DNA from: a virus
Lineage: Duplodnaviria; Caudoviricetes
Reading direction: 5' to 3' (one strand)
Virus record (IMG/VR): IMGVR_UViG_3300025687_000286
Span: 1-25,733 of that record
DNA: 25,733 bases
Part shown: positions 1-8,736 of the stretch, piece by piece
Layout: every line of letters begins with the position of its first letter
How positions within the stretch are numbered: the stretch's first letter is position 1
Translations under genes and position numbers: made by a program
Notes under the pieces: model-generated
Databases searched by the model: none
Told to the model about the DNA's origin: nothing
Seen by the model: only the letters and a program-made list of their open reading frames with translations

Positions 1-2
1 CA

Positions 3-2105
3 CAGAGTGTGCTTCCATTTAGTGATACACATTCGCACATCCCGTTCAACGTTGAGTTAATTGGTGGCACAGTAAAGGATATTTTGTCTGGCCAAATACA
101 AGATGCTGGTGGCGCAGCCTCAGTGCAATTGTCTGAATCTCTGGAACGACAGGGAGCAAACGTAGATCCTACCAAACGATTGATTTTTAAAGGACTAACT
201 GAAGCATTAAATGCACACCAGAAAAGAATATCAGGCAATGGACCAGACAAAAAACAGACTTATCCAAATGAATTTGTGATAGAATTTGAGCACGAGTCAA
301 TTGCTGATGCTGAGGTGTTAGCTTCTGGGAATACTGCCAAAAGCAACACTGGTATGCCACCGACCAAGGATGATCCAGCAAATCAACTGGATACCAATAA
401 AAATTCTGTTCAAAAGTCCAGTCAAATTTATACCATACCAGCCGGCACCAGTATTATTCAGGCAATTGAATATGTGCTTAAAAATAGTACCTATATTTCA
501 TCACAAACAAATGTCTATGTGGATCGAGTTACTGGTGAAGTTAAATTTAACACTGATGGAAAGAAAAATCCATTTATGTGGTACAAAATCAGAACAAAAA
601 TTGTACCCATAAAGTACGATAACAAAACCAATGATTACGCATACAGAATACATTATGTGATCAGCAGATACAATGTTACGTCATTGAGAACACCATACAC
701 TGGACCACCACTGTATCGTGGTGTACACAAACAGTATGATTATTGGTTTACTGGTCAAAACACAGAGATTTTGAATTTTTCGCAGTCATACAATTATTTG
801 TATTATCAGCAGGCACTGGGTGTAACTGGTGGATCCGATTCAATGCCACAGGCCAATACAATTCACATCACCAAAAACTATTATATGCCTCGCTCCAATG
901 AAAGTGCGCTGGGTGGTACTGGAAGCAAGAGTGGTGAAATCGCTGCCAACATTGCCAGCCTACTGTATAGCCCAGCTGACCAAGCCAATGCAACAGTTGA
1001 AATCTTAGGTGACCCTGACTGGATGGCACAGAGCGAAATTTTTTATAGTCCAGACGTAGCATTGTCGGATGTTGGGCTGGGGCCGTTTATGACCGATGGA
1101 TCAATAAATTATGACGCTAGTGAGATACTGTTTGGAATCAAGTATAATACTGCTGCTGATTACCGTCCAGATGGCCTCATGGATATCAACTATAAGCCAA
1201 ACACACTTAGAACTGATACTCCTTACAGCGGCGGATCATTAAGTCTGGTATACCGTGCAAATACGATCACAACTGTGCTATCCAAAGGCGAGTTTAAGCA
1301 GAGACTAGAAGGCACATTGATGACCTATCTGGATAATCCGGATGTTGAACGGGTGTCAGGAGGATTACGCACAGGTGCTCAGGACAAAATACGTGAAGAT
1401 CGCCGTCAAGCAAACATTGTTGCTTCTGCGCAAGATGCTGACATATCAACCAGTGACATCTCAGCAAGTCTTGGTGGAGGCAAAGCCAGTGCTGATGGCA
1501 CACCAATCAAAGTACAAGACCCAGCTGATTATGGTATGCCAGAATGGAGCACCGATGCAGAAGTGCTGGATATGTTTGATGGCGACACAGAGGCTGCTGC
1601 TGATTTTTATAATAATGATGCCGAGCCAGCGCAGCAAATATCTGCAGAAGTTGTTGAACAGCCACCAGTATATGCGCAAAACAATACACAGCCAGTATTA
1701 TCTGACAATCCTGCGGTTCAAACTCAGCCAGAGTTACCACCCAAATATAATGACACTCCTGTTGAACAGGCAAACACAGCATTTACATTACCAACAATAC
1801 CCAAGAGCGGACCAGGTTGGACAGAACCGGAAACGCTTCAGCGAATACCAGAAGGTGTAACTCCAGACCCGTTAGCTGAAGGCACAGATCAAATGTATTA
1901 TTATAAAGGCAAGAATATTAGTGGCCGCACGCAAGCTGAACTTGATGCACAAATCCAAGCAATTGATTCTGGTCAACCGGTTTCATATGATGCGTATGAT
2001 CCATTCTTAAATCAGCGTATTCGTGTTAATTACGATCCAGTAACCGATACCACCGATGAAGAAGGTTACTATGATGAAAAGACTGGCAAATTTATTAAGG
2101 TTTGA
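3..2105 (+). CDS. Baseplate hub-like structural protein (T4 gp27 / Mu gp44-like, putative), 5'-truncated
   Basis: The frame is open back to the window edge (CAG AGT GTG at 3-11), so the track's GTG start at 9 is probably not the real start. Motifs ATVEILGDPDW (~990-1022) and YRANTITTVLSKGEFKQRLEG resemble the C-terminal part of hub proteins. It lies immediately upstream of the spike gene, the usual hub position. A low-complexity tail follows. Confidence 0.55.
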   Translation, partial: QSVLPFSDTHSHIPFNVELIGGTVKDILSGQIQDAGGAASVQLSESLERQGANVDPTKRLIFKGLTEALNAHQKRISGNGPDKKQTYPNEFVIEFEHESIADAEVLASGNTAKSNTGMPPTKDDPANQLDTNKNSVQKSSQIYTIPAGTSIIQAIEYVLKNSTYISSQTNVYVDRVTGEVKFNTDGKKNPFMWYKIRTKIVPIKYDNKTNDYAYRIHYVISRYNVTSLRTPYTGPPLYRGVHKQYDYWFTGQNTEILNFSQSYNYLYYQQALGVTGGSDSMPQANTIHITKNYYMPRSNESALGGTGSKSGEIAANIASLLYSPADQANATVEILGDPDWMAQSEIFYSPDVALSDVGLGPFMTDGSINYDASEILFGIKYNTAADYRPDGLMDINYKPNTLRTDTPYSGGSLSLVYRANTITTVLSKGEFKQRLEGTLMTYLDNPDVERVSGGLRTGAQDKIREDRRQANIVASAQDADISTSDISASLGGGKASADGTPIKVQDPADYGMPEWSTDAEVLDMFDGDTEAAADFYNNDAEPAQQISAEVVEQPPVYAQNNTQPVLSDNPAVQTQPELPPKYNDTPVEQANTAFTLPTIPKSGPGWTEPETLQRIPEGVTPDPLAEGTDQMYYYKGKNISGRTQAELDAQIQAIDSGQPVSYDAYDPFLNQRIRVNYDPVTDTTDEEGYYDEKTGKFIKV

Positions 2106-2130
2106 TTTATAGCAGAGAATAACTAAGACT

Positions 2131-3642
2131 ATGGCAGAAAATTTACAAAGTAGCAGAGGTCGTCCAGGAAGTTATCGCATAGATCGCGGAGGGTTTCCTA
2201 CCGAAACTGGCCCATTTATTGGTGAAGTTATGAACAATCATGACCCGGCACGCATTGGGCGTGTTCAGGTTTACATTCCAGAGTTTGGTGTGGATGATAA
2301 AAGTGATCAAACTTCCTGGAGAACCGTCAGATATCTGAGTCCATTCTTTGGAAACACACAACAATCAGGAACCAGCCAAGGACAAGGTCAATATGTTGGC
2401 AATAGCCATAGTTATGGTATGTGGTTTACTGTGCCTGATGTTGGCGTCAAAGTACTATGCTTTTTTGTGGCCGGTGATCAGAGTCAGGGCTATTATGTTG
2501 GTTCAATTCCAGATCCAGATCTGATGCACATGGTACCAGCAACAGGCGCTAGTTCCAATTTTGAATTTAACAATCCAGAAGAACAAAGAAGATATGCTGG
2601 TGCTGCTCGATTGCCTGTTACAGAGATCAACAACCAGAACACAGAAATTCGTGAAGATTCACGTAGTTTTGCTCAAACCAGACCAGTGCATAGTTACACT
2701 GCGGCTGTGATGTACCAGCAAGGTCTAATCAAAGATTCTGTTCGAGGACCAATTGGATCCAGTGCGTATAGAGAATCACCCAGTGCAACATTTGGTATTA
2801 ACACTCCTGGCAGACCCATCTACGAGAGCGGTGCATCTGAATATAATATTCAGCAAAGTCTACGGTCGGGTGCAATGACTCCAGATGATGTAAAAGTCGT
2901 CGGCAGACGTAGCGGACACAGTTTTGTTATGGATGATGGGGATCTAACTGGCAATGATAATCTGGTACGAATCAGAACTGGCAAAGGACATCAGATATTA
3001 TTAAGTGATGATGGAAATTGCATACACATAATTCACGCAAATGGTCAATCATGGGTAGAATTAGGCAAGGAAGGCACAGTTGATGTATATGCCGCTAATT
3101 CAATTAATTTACGTTCTCAGGGTGATGTTAACATACATGCTGATCAAAATTTAAACTTATTCGCCGGGCAAGCATTAAACTTGCACAGTAAAAAAGCAAC
3201 TATCTTAAATTCAGAAGGTGTCGTGAGCTTATTGGGAGAAAAGAGTGTAAACATGTATAGCACTAAAGCAATCAGTGTAAAAAGCGATGGAACATTGGGT
3301 TTAGCTGGAACTACTGCTACAAGCCTAAGTGCAACTGGTCCAACTGCGGTCAATGGTGCATTTGTATTGCTAAACACAGGACCAAGCCTGCCTAGTGCTC
3401 CTCCTGTATATGCTGCTAGAACTAAACTGCCAGATACCAAACACTCGGATTCCGGATGGACTAGTGGGGAAGGATTATTAGATAGCATTGTAACACGGGC
3501 ACCAACGCATGAACCGTATGTACACCACAACAAAGGTGTGCCAACTAATGTTCAATATGATGGCGGGGGTGAAGTTCCACCAAGTGACAATGTAGTTAAT
3601 AAATTAAACGAAGTTTCCTCCATAGGAGTTAGACCAGAATAA
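2131..3642 (+). CDS. Baseplate central spike, gp5/VgrG-like (N-terminal OB-fold plus beta-helix)
   Basis: OB-fold signature GEVMNNHDPARIGRVQVYIP...GMWFTVPDVGVKVLCFFVAGD, then a beta-helix region GHSFVMDDG...RIRTGKGHQILLSDD...SINLRSQGDVNIHADQNLNL. No T4-type lysozyme domain is recognisable inside it. Confidence 0.85.
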   Translation: MAENLQSSRGRPGSYRIDRGGFPTETGPFIGEVMNNHDPARIGRVQVYIPEFGVDDKSDQTSWRTVRYLSPFFGNTQQSGTSQGQGQYVGNSHSYGMWFTVPDVGVKVLCFFVAGDQSQGYYVGSIPDPDLMHMVPATGASSNFEFNNPEEQRRYAGAARLPVTEINNQNTEIREDSRSFAQTRPVHSYTAAVMYQQGLIKDSVRGPIGSSAYRESPSATFGINTPGRPIYESGASEYNIQQSLRSGAMTPDDVKVVGRRSGHSFVMDDGDLTGNDNLVRIRTGKGHQILLSDDGNCIHIIHANGQSWVELGKEGTVDVYAANSINLRSQGDVNIHADQNLNLFAGQALNLHSKKATILNSEGVVSLLGEKSVNMYSTKAISVKSDGTLGLAGTTATSLSATGPTAVNGAFVLLNTGPSLPSAPPVYAARTKLPDTKHSDSGWTSGEGLLDSIVTRAPTHEPYVHHNKGVPTNVQYDGGGEVPPSDNVVNKLNEVSSIGVRPE

Positions 3643-4898
3643 TGACTATTTTAGATGTAAACATTACAGATTTGGCCAATCAAGATCGTGTTATTGAGTC
3701 AGTTGGGTCAGTGAGTGCCGATCAACTTGGAACGGTACTAGCACAGAAATCAAAAACTGTAGCTAGTGCAAACACACTGTCTGTTGATGAAATGGTTAAT
3801 ACCATTAGCTCAACTACTGGATTAGGAAAGTATGGTTTAAAACCACAGGCGCTTGAAGATGCAGGTTACATTAAACCAGGAACAGTTGACAGGTTCTTGG
3901 ATGATCCTGGTGCACTGTCCGATGTGTTAAACAGCCCCACAGTTTGGACCGGAAAAGATGGCATTGGTGCAGTATCAGATGTATTAGGAAGTAGCAGCAC
4001 ACAAACAGCCATGCAGTCAGATATTTTGGGGCAAGGATTAAACACATTACAATCAAATAAAATTATTAGCGGGCTTGAATCTCCAGATGTTGTGGCAAGT
4101 GTCACAAGTGTAATAGGCGATTATGGAATCGGACCAACCAAAGATTGGTTAGGACTAGGGGATTCTGGCGGTGTGCTTGGTGGAGGACTAAGTGCAGTTG
4201 ACTCGTTGAACATGGATTCAATCGCCCGGGGAGCACAATTTTCAGTTGATTTCGTTGATACTAAACTCACATCAATGTTTACCAGTGGCGGCACGTTATT
4301 AAATGATGCAACTGGTGCAATATCTGACGTTGTCGGTGGTATTGGTGATAGTTTAGGACAACTTGGTGGCGATCTCACCGCCACATTTGATGATCTTACT
4401 GGTGCAATTGGTGGAAGTATTAGTGAGCTAGCTGGAAGTATTGGTGGTATCAGTGCCATTAGTGATGTTGCTGGGAATTTAATTGGTGGTGTTTCTGGAG
4501 CATTGAATAATATTTTTGGCGGACTTGGTGGGCTTCTTGGAGGACTTGGTGGACTTTTTGGAGGCAGCAGCGGTCCGGTAACTTATACACCACCAGCGGT
4601 TACACAAACAGTTAATCGTGCTGGAATCGACTCATCTGTGATTGGTCTTATTAATAATCCCAAGGTACCAGTACCAAATTATACCGGCATAGTTAATGCG
4701 GCTTCATTTCAACTTCCAAGTTTAAGTGGTTTAGTAAACAGTAATATTATTAACACTAACAAGCCCATTACTGTGTGTTCCTGTAGCGATCCAACTCTGA
4801 TAGCCCCCACACAATCAGAATGTGAAGCCGCTGGTGGAGAATGGGTTTGTTATACAGTAAATAGTAATACAGGCAGTAATACAGGAACAGTAGCATAA
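3642..4898 (+). CDS. Spike-associated protein with lysozyme-like N-terminal domain, Gly-rich amphipathic repeats and C-terminal 4-Cys module
   Basis: 418-aa ORF coupled by TAATG overlaps at both ends, with GGAG upstream of the ATG. The segment GLGKYGLKPQALEDAGYIKPG...VWTGKDGI resembles lysozyme-like peptidoglycan hydrolase motifs. The ORF is well supported; the function is inferred. Confidence 0.55.
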   Translation: MTILDVNITDLANQDRVIESVGSVSADQLGTVLAQKSKTVASANTLSVDEMVNTISSTTGLGKYGLKPQALEDAGYIKPGTVDRFLDDPGALSDVLNSPTVWTGKDGIGAVSDVLGSSSTQTAMQSDILGQGLNTLQSNKIISGLESPDVVASVTSVIGDYGIGPTKDWLGLGDSGGVLGGGLSAVDSLNMDSIARGAQFSVDFVDTKLTSMFTSGGTLLNDATGAISDVVGGIGDSLGQLGGDLTATFDDLTGAIGGSISELAGSIGGISAISDVAGNLIGGVSGALNNIFGGLGGLLGGLGGLFGGSSGPVTYTPPAVTQTVNRAGIDSSVIGLINNPKVPVPNYTGIVNAASFQLPSLSGLVNSNIINTNKPITVCSCSDPTLIAPTQSECEAAGGEWVCYTVNSNTGSNTGTVA

Positions 4899-5272
4899 TG
4901 GCAAAATTCAAAGGCTTTAGCACCGTTAATCGATATAAAAAGTTTACAGTCACTGACAGAGAACTGGTAATCAGAGATCTGTTGAACATTTTGTCCATCA
5001 GAGAAGGTGAATTGCCTGGTAAACCTGATGTTGGTACCAGAATCTGGAATTTTATATTTGAAGCCAATACACCAGAAGTAGTGCGTCAAATAACTGCCGA
5101 AGTTCAACGCATAACAACCTACGACCCCAGAGTAGAATTAGTTGATGTCGTTGTGTCTTCGATAGATAATACTGTAAATCTTGAATTGGTAATAATTATT
5201 AATCCGAGTGTTTCACCAGAAACCATTAATTTCCTATTCGATCAAGACGATAACACAGTGCAGGTTGTATAA
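4898..5272 (+). CDS. Baseplate wedge subunit / sheath initiator, gp25-like (GPW_gp25)
   Basis: 124 aa with the gp25 pattern LVIRDLLNILSIREGELPGKPDVGTRIWNFIFE...YDPRVELVDV. Sits between the spike region and the gp6-like gene. Confidence 0.9.
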   Translation: MAKFKGFSTVNRYKKFTVTDRELVIRDLLNILSIREGELPGKPDVGTRIWNFIFEANTPEVVRQITAEVQRITTYDPRVELVDVVVSSIDNTVNLELVIIINPSVSPETINFLFDQDDNTVQVV

Positions 5273-5292
5273 ACTACGCACATTATTAATGC

Positions 5293-5300
5293 CATAAATA
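5293..5300 (+). promoter_or_regulatory. Putative phage late promoter (CATAAATA)
   Basis: Matches the T4-like/cyanophage late -10 element NATAAATA, in the intergenic gap 28 nt upstream of the ATG at 5329. Confidence 0.65.
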
Positions 5301-5328
5301 ATGCTATTACATAGCAAGAGTTTATAAT

Positions 5329-8300
5329 ATGGCAACAACTTCACGGCAAACAACCATTTTTGGTATTGAAGATTGGAAACGAATCTATCAAAATTATAGA
5401 GAAGCCGATTTTCAAAGTTATAATTTTGAAACACTGAGAAAAACTTTTGTAGACTATCTACGTCAGTATTATCCAGAAAACTTTAATGATTTTGTTGAAT
5501 CAAGCGAATTTGTGGCAATGCTTGATCTCATGGCATTCATGGGGCAAAGTCTTTCATTCCGTGTAGATTTAAATAGCCGTGAAAACTTTCTAGATACAGC
5601 CGAGCGTCGTGATAGTGTTGTTAACTTGGCTAAATTAGTTGGTTACACACCCAAAAGAAACCAAGCAGCACGTGGTTATTTAAAAGTAACTGCAATTAGT
5701 ACGACTGAAAGTATCTTAGACTTTAATCGAAATAACCTGGCAAATGTAACAGTCAAATGGAACGACAGAACCAACAATGATTGGCAAGAACAGTTCAGAG
5801 CAATTTTGAACGCCACTATGGTGAATAGCCAGAGCGTTGGTAAACCAGGAAACTCACGTGATATCTTAGGTATTACTACCAGCGAATACACAATTAACCT
5901 GGCACCAGGATTTTTACCAGTTATTCCATTCACAGCAACCGTGGATGGAGTTAGCATGCCGTTTGAGGTTGTTAGCGGTTCAAGTGTAGACAAAACTTAT
6001 ATATATGAGCCGCAACCACAACCAGGTGGCGACTTAAACATTCTTTATCGTAATGATGGTCTTGGATTTGGTAGCTCAAATACCGGTTATTTTTTCTATT
6101 TTAAACAAGGCGCCCTGCAGACCAGAGAGTTTAACTTACCTGAAAAAATTGATAACAGAACAGTTGATATCAACATCAATGGTGTTAATAATAATGATAT
6201 CTGGTTATACAAAATAAATCCGTCCAGTGGTGACATAACAGAATCCTGGACGCAAGTAGACAACATCTACACAAATCAAAATCAAAACAGTGCCAACAAC
6301 AGAAAGTTTTTCAGTGTAGATTCCAGAAACTCAGATCAGATTACGCTAAAGTTTGGTGATGGTGTTTTTAGTGAAGTACCAGTTGGTACATTCAGAAGCT
6401 ATGTACGCAGCAGTAATGGTTTGGAATATGTTATCAATCCCAACGAAATTCAAAGTGTAAGTGTTAGTTTAACTTATGTTAGTCGCAAAGGCAGATTGGA
6501 AACAGCAACTTTCACACTAGGATTACAGGAAAATATTTCAAACAGCCGATCAAGAGAAGCACTGCTCGATATTAAACGCAGAGCACCGGCCAGATTCTAC
6601 ACACAAAACAGAATGGTCAATGGTGAAGATTACAACAATTTTCCTTATGCCCAGTTTAATACAATCATTAAGAGCAAAGCAGTCAACAGATCAAACATCG
6701 GCGCCAGCAGATATCTGGATTTGATTGATCCAACTGGAAAATATTCCAGTATCAATGCGTTTGGTGATGATGGGTTGATCCATCGAGATCAAACATCTGA
6801 CACAATTGGATTTACATTTGTGGATGTTAATGACATTGAAAAGGTTATTCGAAACGATGTCGAACCACAGCTAGCTTCCAGAAGCATGCTTCAGTTTTAC
6901 TATGACAATTTTGATCGATTCAGTCTAACATCAGCTGGATTGATCTGGCAATTCAGTACCAGTCTTGTGAATGAAACCACTGGATATTTCAAGAACAATA
7001 TCGGTTCTCCAATTGCAATCGGTGCTGCTCTGGACGGAGTTAAACAATACTTAACACCTCGCTGTTTAATAAAATTTGTGCCGCCCACTGGCCAATATTT
7101 TGATAAGAACAACAGATTACAAACAGGATCTGCAAACCAACCTGGTGATAAGACTTATATCTGGGCAAGTATACGAGAGCTACTAAATGATGGCACAAAT
7201 GCTGGCAATGGGAATGACAGCAACGGCGTAGGTGCAGTAACACTAAACAATTTTGTGCCAACTGGTGCAATTGCATCTGTTGTGATACCTGATTTTACAT
7301 CAGACTTACCAACGAGTTTAGAACAATCCATGATTGCTCAGATTGAATTGTACAGAAATTTTGGTATAGGGTTTGATAATTCAAACAATACCTGGTATCT
7401 GATAACATCGTCTAATCTAAATCAAAATGGCGCATACGCACAAACATATGCACAGGATACATCTGGCACAGGATTGGATTCCAGTTGGTTAGCAAAGTTT
7501 ACCAGCGATGGAACATCATATACTGTTACTTTCAGAGGGCTGAAATATTTCTTCTCAAGTGTTGTGGAAACAAGATTCTTTTATGATGGAAATCAGCTGA
7601 TTTTTGATCCAAAGACTGGTAAACTGATCAATGATTATATCAAAATACTCAGAACCAACAACCAGCCAGATCAGCACACCCCACTTGCTGGTGATATTGT
7701 TTTGGACATCGTGGGGCAAACCGTAGAAACTGATGGTTTTGTAAACGACTTTAATGTCGAAGTCAGCTGGGCCGATACTGATAACGATAATGTTCCAGAT
7801 GATCCAGACTTTTTTGATTTAGTTGTGGCATCAGACGTTAACCCAACACAAAAACTAGCATTCTTCCAAAGAACCGTAGATTTTGATAATCTGGAACGAT
7901 ATGTTCCGCTGGCAGAAGGAACAGTAGTATCTGTATATCCAACGCAAGATGCAATCAATCTTGCCAAATATGAATACAGCAACGGTCAAGTATTTTATGC
8001 CACCACTGAACAACAGTTTTTTGAGTTGTCAGTAACTGCTGCCAATGTCAGAACCGTTACACAAACCACTGATTATATTGCTCGTGTTGGACGTGGAGGA
8101 TTAATTTATCAATACAGACACAACAGCCCAGATTCCAGAAGAATTAATCCAGGATCAACCAACATTATTGATGTATATTTGGTTACTTCAGAATACTATG
8201 CTAACTATCAACGATATATTCAGGATACCACTGGAACAGTTCTTGAACCAGCTGTTCCCTCTATTGATGAATTAACAACATCATATGAATCCTTGAATGA

Positions 8301-8733
8301 TTACAAAATGGTAAGTGATAACATGGTGTTTAATAGTGTTAAATTTAAACCATTGTTTGGTGATAAAGCCAACACTGCATTGCAAGCCACTATCAAGGTA
8401 GTTAAACTTGAAAATAGCGTGGTTAGTACTAGTGAAATTAAAAGTCGTGTTATCGAAACAATTAACCAATACTTTAATATCGATAACTGGGACTTTGGTG
8501 AAACATTCTATTTTTCCGAACTATCAGCATATATTCATGAACAGTTGGGTGGAATTTTGGGATCGGTAATTCTGTTGCCCAAGGATACATCAAAAGAATT
8601 TGGTAATTTATATGAAATTAAATCTGCGGCTAATGAAATTTTTGTTAGTGCAGCAACAGTAAACGATGTTCAGGTGGTTAATTCACTGACAGCTAGTCAG
8701 TTAAGACTAACCAGTAACAGTGGAGTAATTTAA
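5329..8733 (+). CDS. Baseplate wedge protein, T4 gp6 / baseplate J-like (enlarged, 1134 aa)
   Basis: gp6 motifs: DFQSYNFETLRKTFVDYLR, ENFLDTAERRDSVVNLAKLVGYTPKR, ITLKFGDGVFSEVP, IKRRAPARFYTQNRMVNGEDY, and C-terminal YFNIDNWDFGETFYFSELSAYI. Confidence 0.9.
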   Translation: MATTSRQTTIFGIEDWKRIYQNYREADFQSYNFETLRKTFVDYLRQYYPENFNDFVESSEFVAMLDLMAFMGQSLSFRVDLNSRENFLDTAERRDSVVNLAKLVGYTPKRNQAARGYLKVTAISTTESILDFNRNNLANVTVKWNDRTNNDWQEQFRAILNATMVNSQSVGKPGNSRDILGITTSEYTINLAPGFLPVIPFTATVDGVSMPFEVVSGSSVDKTYIYEPQPQPGGDLNILYRNDGLGFGSSNTGYFFYFKQGALQTREFNLPEKIDNRTVDININGVNNNDIWLYKINPSSGDITESWTQVDNIYTNQNQNSANNRKFFSVDSRNSDQITLKFGDGVFSEVPVGTFRSYVRSSNGLEYVINPNEIQSVSVSLTYVSRKGRLETATFTLGLQENISNSRSREALLDIKRRAPARFYTQNRMVNGEDYNNFPYAQFNTIIKSKAVNRSNIGASRYLDLIDPTGKYSSINAFGDDGLIHRDQTSDTIGFTFVDVNDIEKVIRNDVEPQLASRSMLQFYYDNFDRFSLTSAGLIWQFSTSLVNETTGYFKNNIGSPIAIGAALDGVKQYLTPRCLIKFVPPTGQYFDKNNRLQTGSANQPGDKTYIWASIRELLNDGTNAGNGNDSNGVGAVTLNNFVPTGAIASVVIPDFTSDLPTSLEQSMIAQIELYRNFGIGFDNSNNTWYLITSSNLNQNGAYAQTYAQDTSGTGLDSSWLAKFTSDGTSYTVTFRGLKYFFSSVVETRFFYDGNQLIFDPKTGKLINDYIKILRTNNQPDQHTPLAGDIVLDIVGQTVETDGFVNDFNVEVSWADTDNDNVPDDPDFFDLVVASDVNPTQKLAFFQRTVDFDNLERYVPLAEGTVVSVYPTQDAINLAKYEYSNGQVFYATTEQQFFELSVTAANVRTVTQTTDYIARVGRGGLIYQYRHNSPDSRRINPGSTNIIDVYLVTSEYYANYQRYIQDTTGTVLEPAVPSIDELTTSYESLNDYKMVSDNMVFNSVKFKPLFGDKANTALQATIKVVKLENSVVSTSEIKSRVIETINQYFNIDNWDFGETFYFSELSAYIHEQLGGILGSVILLPKDTSKEFGNLYEIKSAANEIFVSAATVNDVQVVNSLTASQLRLTSNSGVI

Positions 8734-8736
8734 TAA

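Noticed and set aside
4518-4566. GGACTTGGTGG-type DNA repeats as a CRISPR or VNTR element
   Set aside because: They are short, in-frame and simply encode GGLGGLLGGLGGLFGG; there are no spacers.
2131-8733. T6SS, eCIS or tailocin locus (VgrG, gp25 and baseplate J-like genes)
   Set aside because: No TssJLM/ClpV or Afp ATPase genes are visible. T4-like late promoter boxes, a gp4-like head gene and jumbo-phage-style fibre genes point to a phage.
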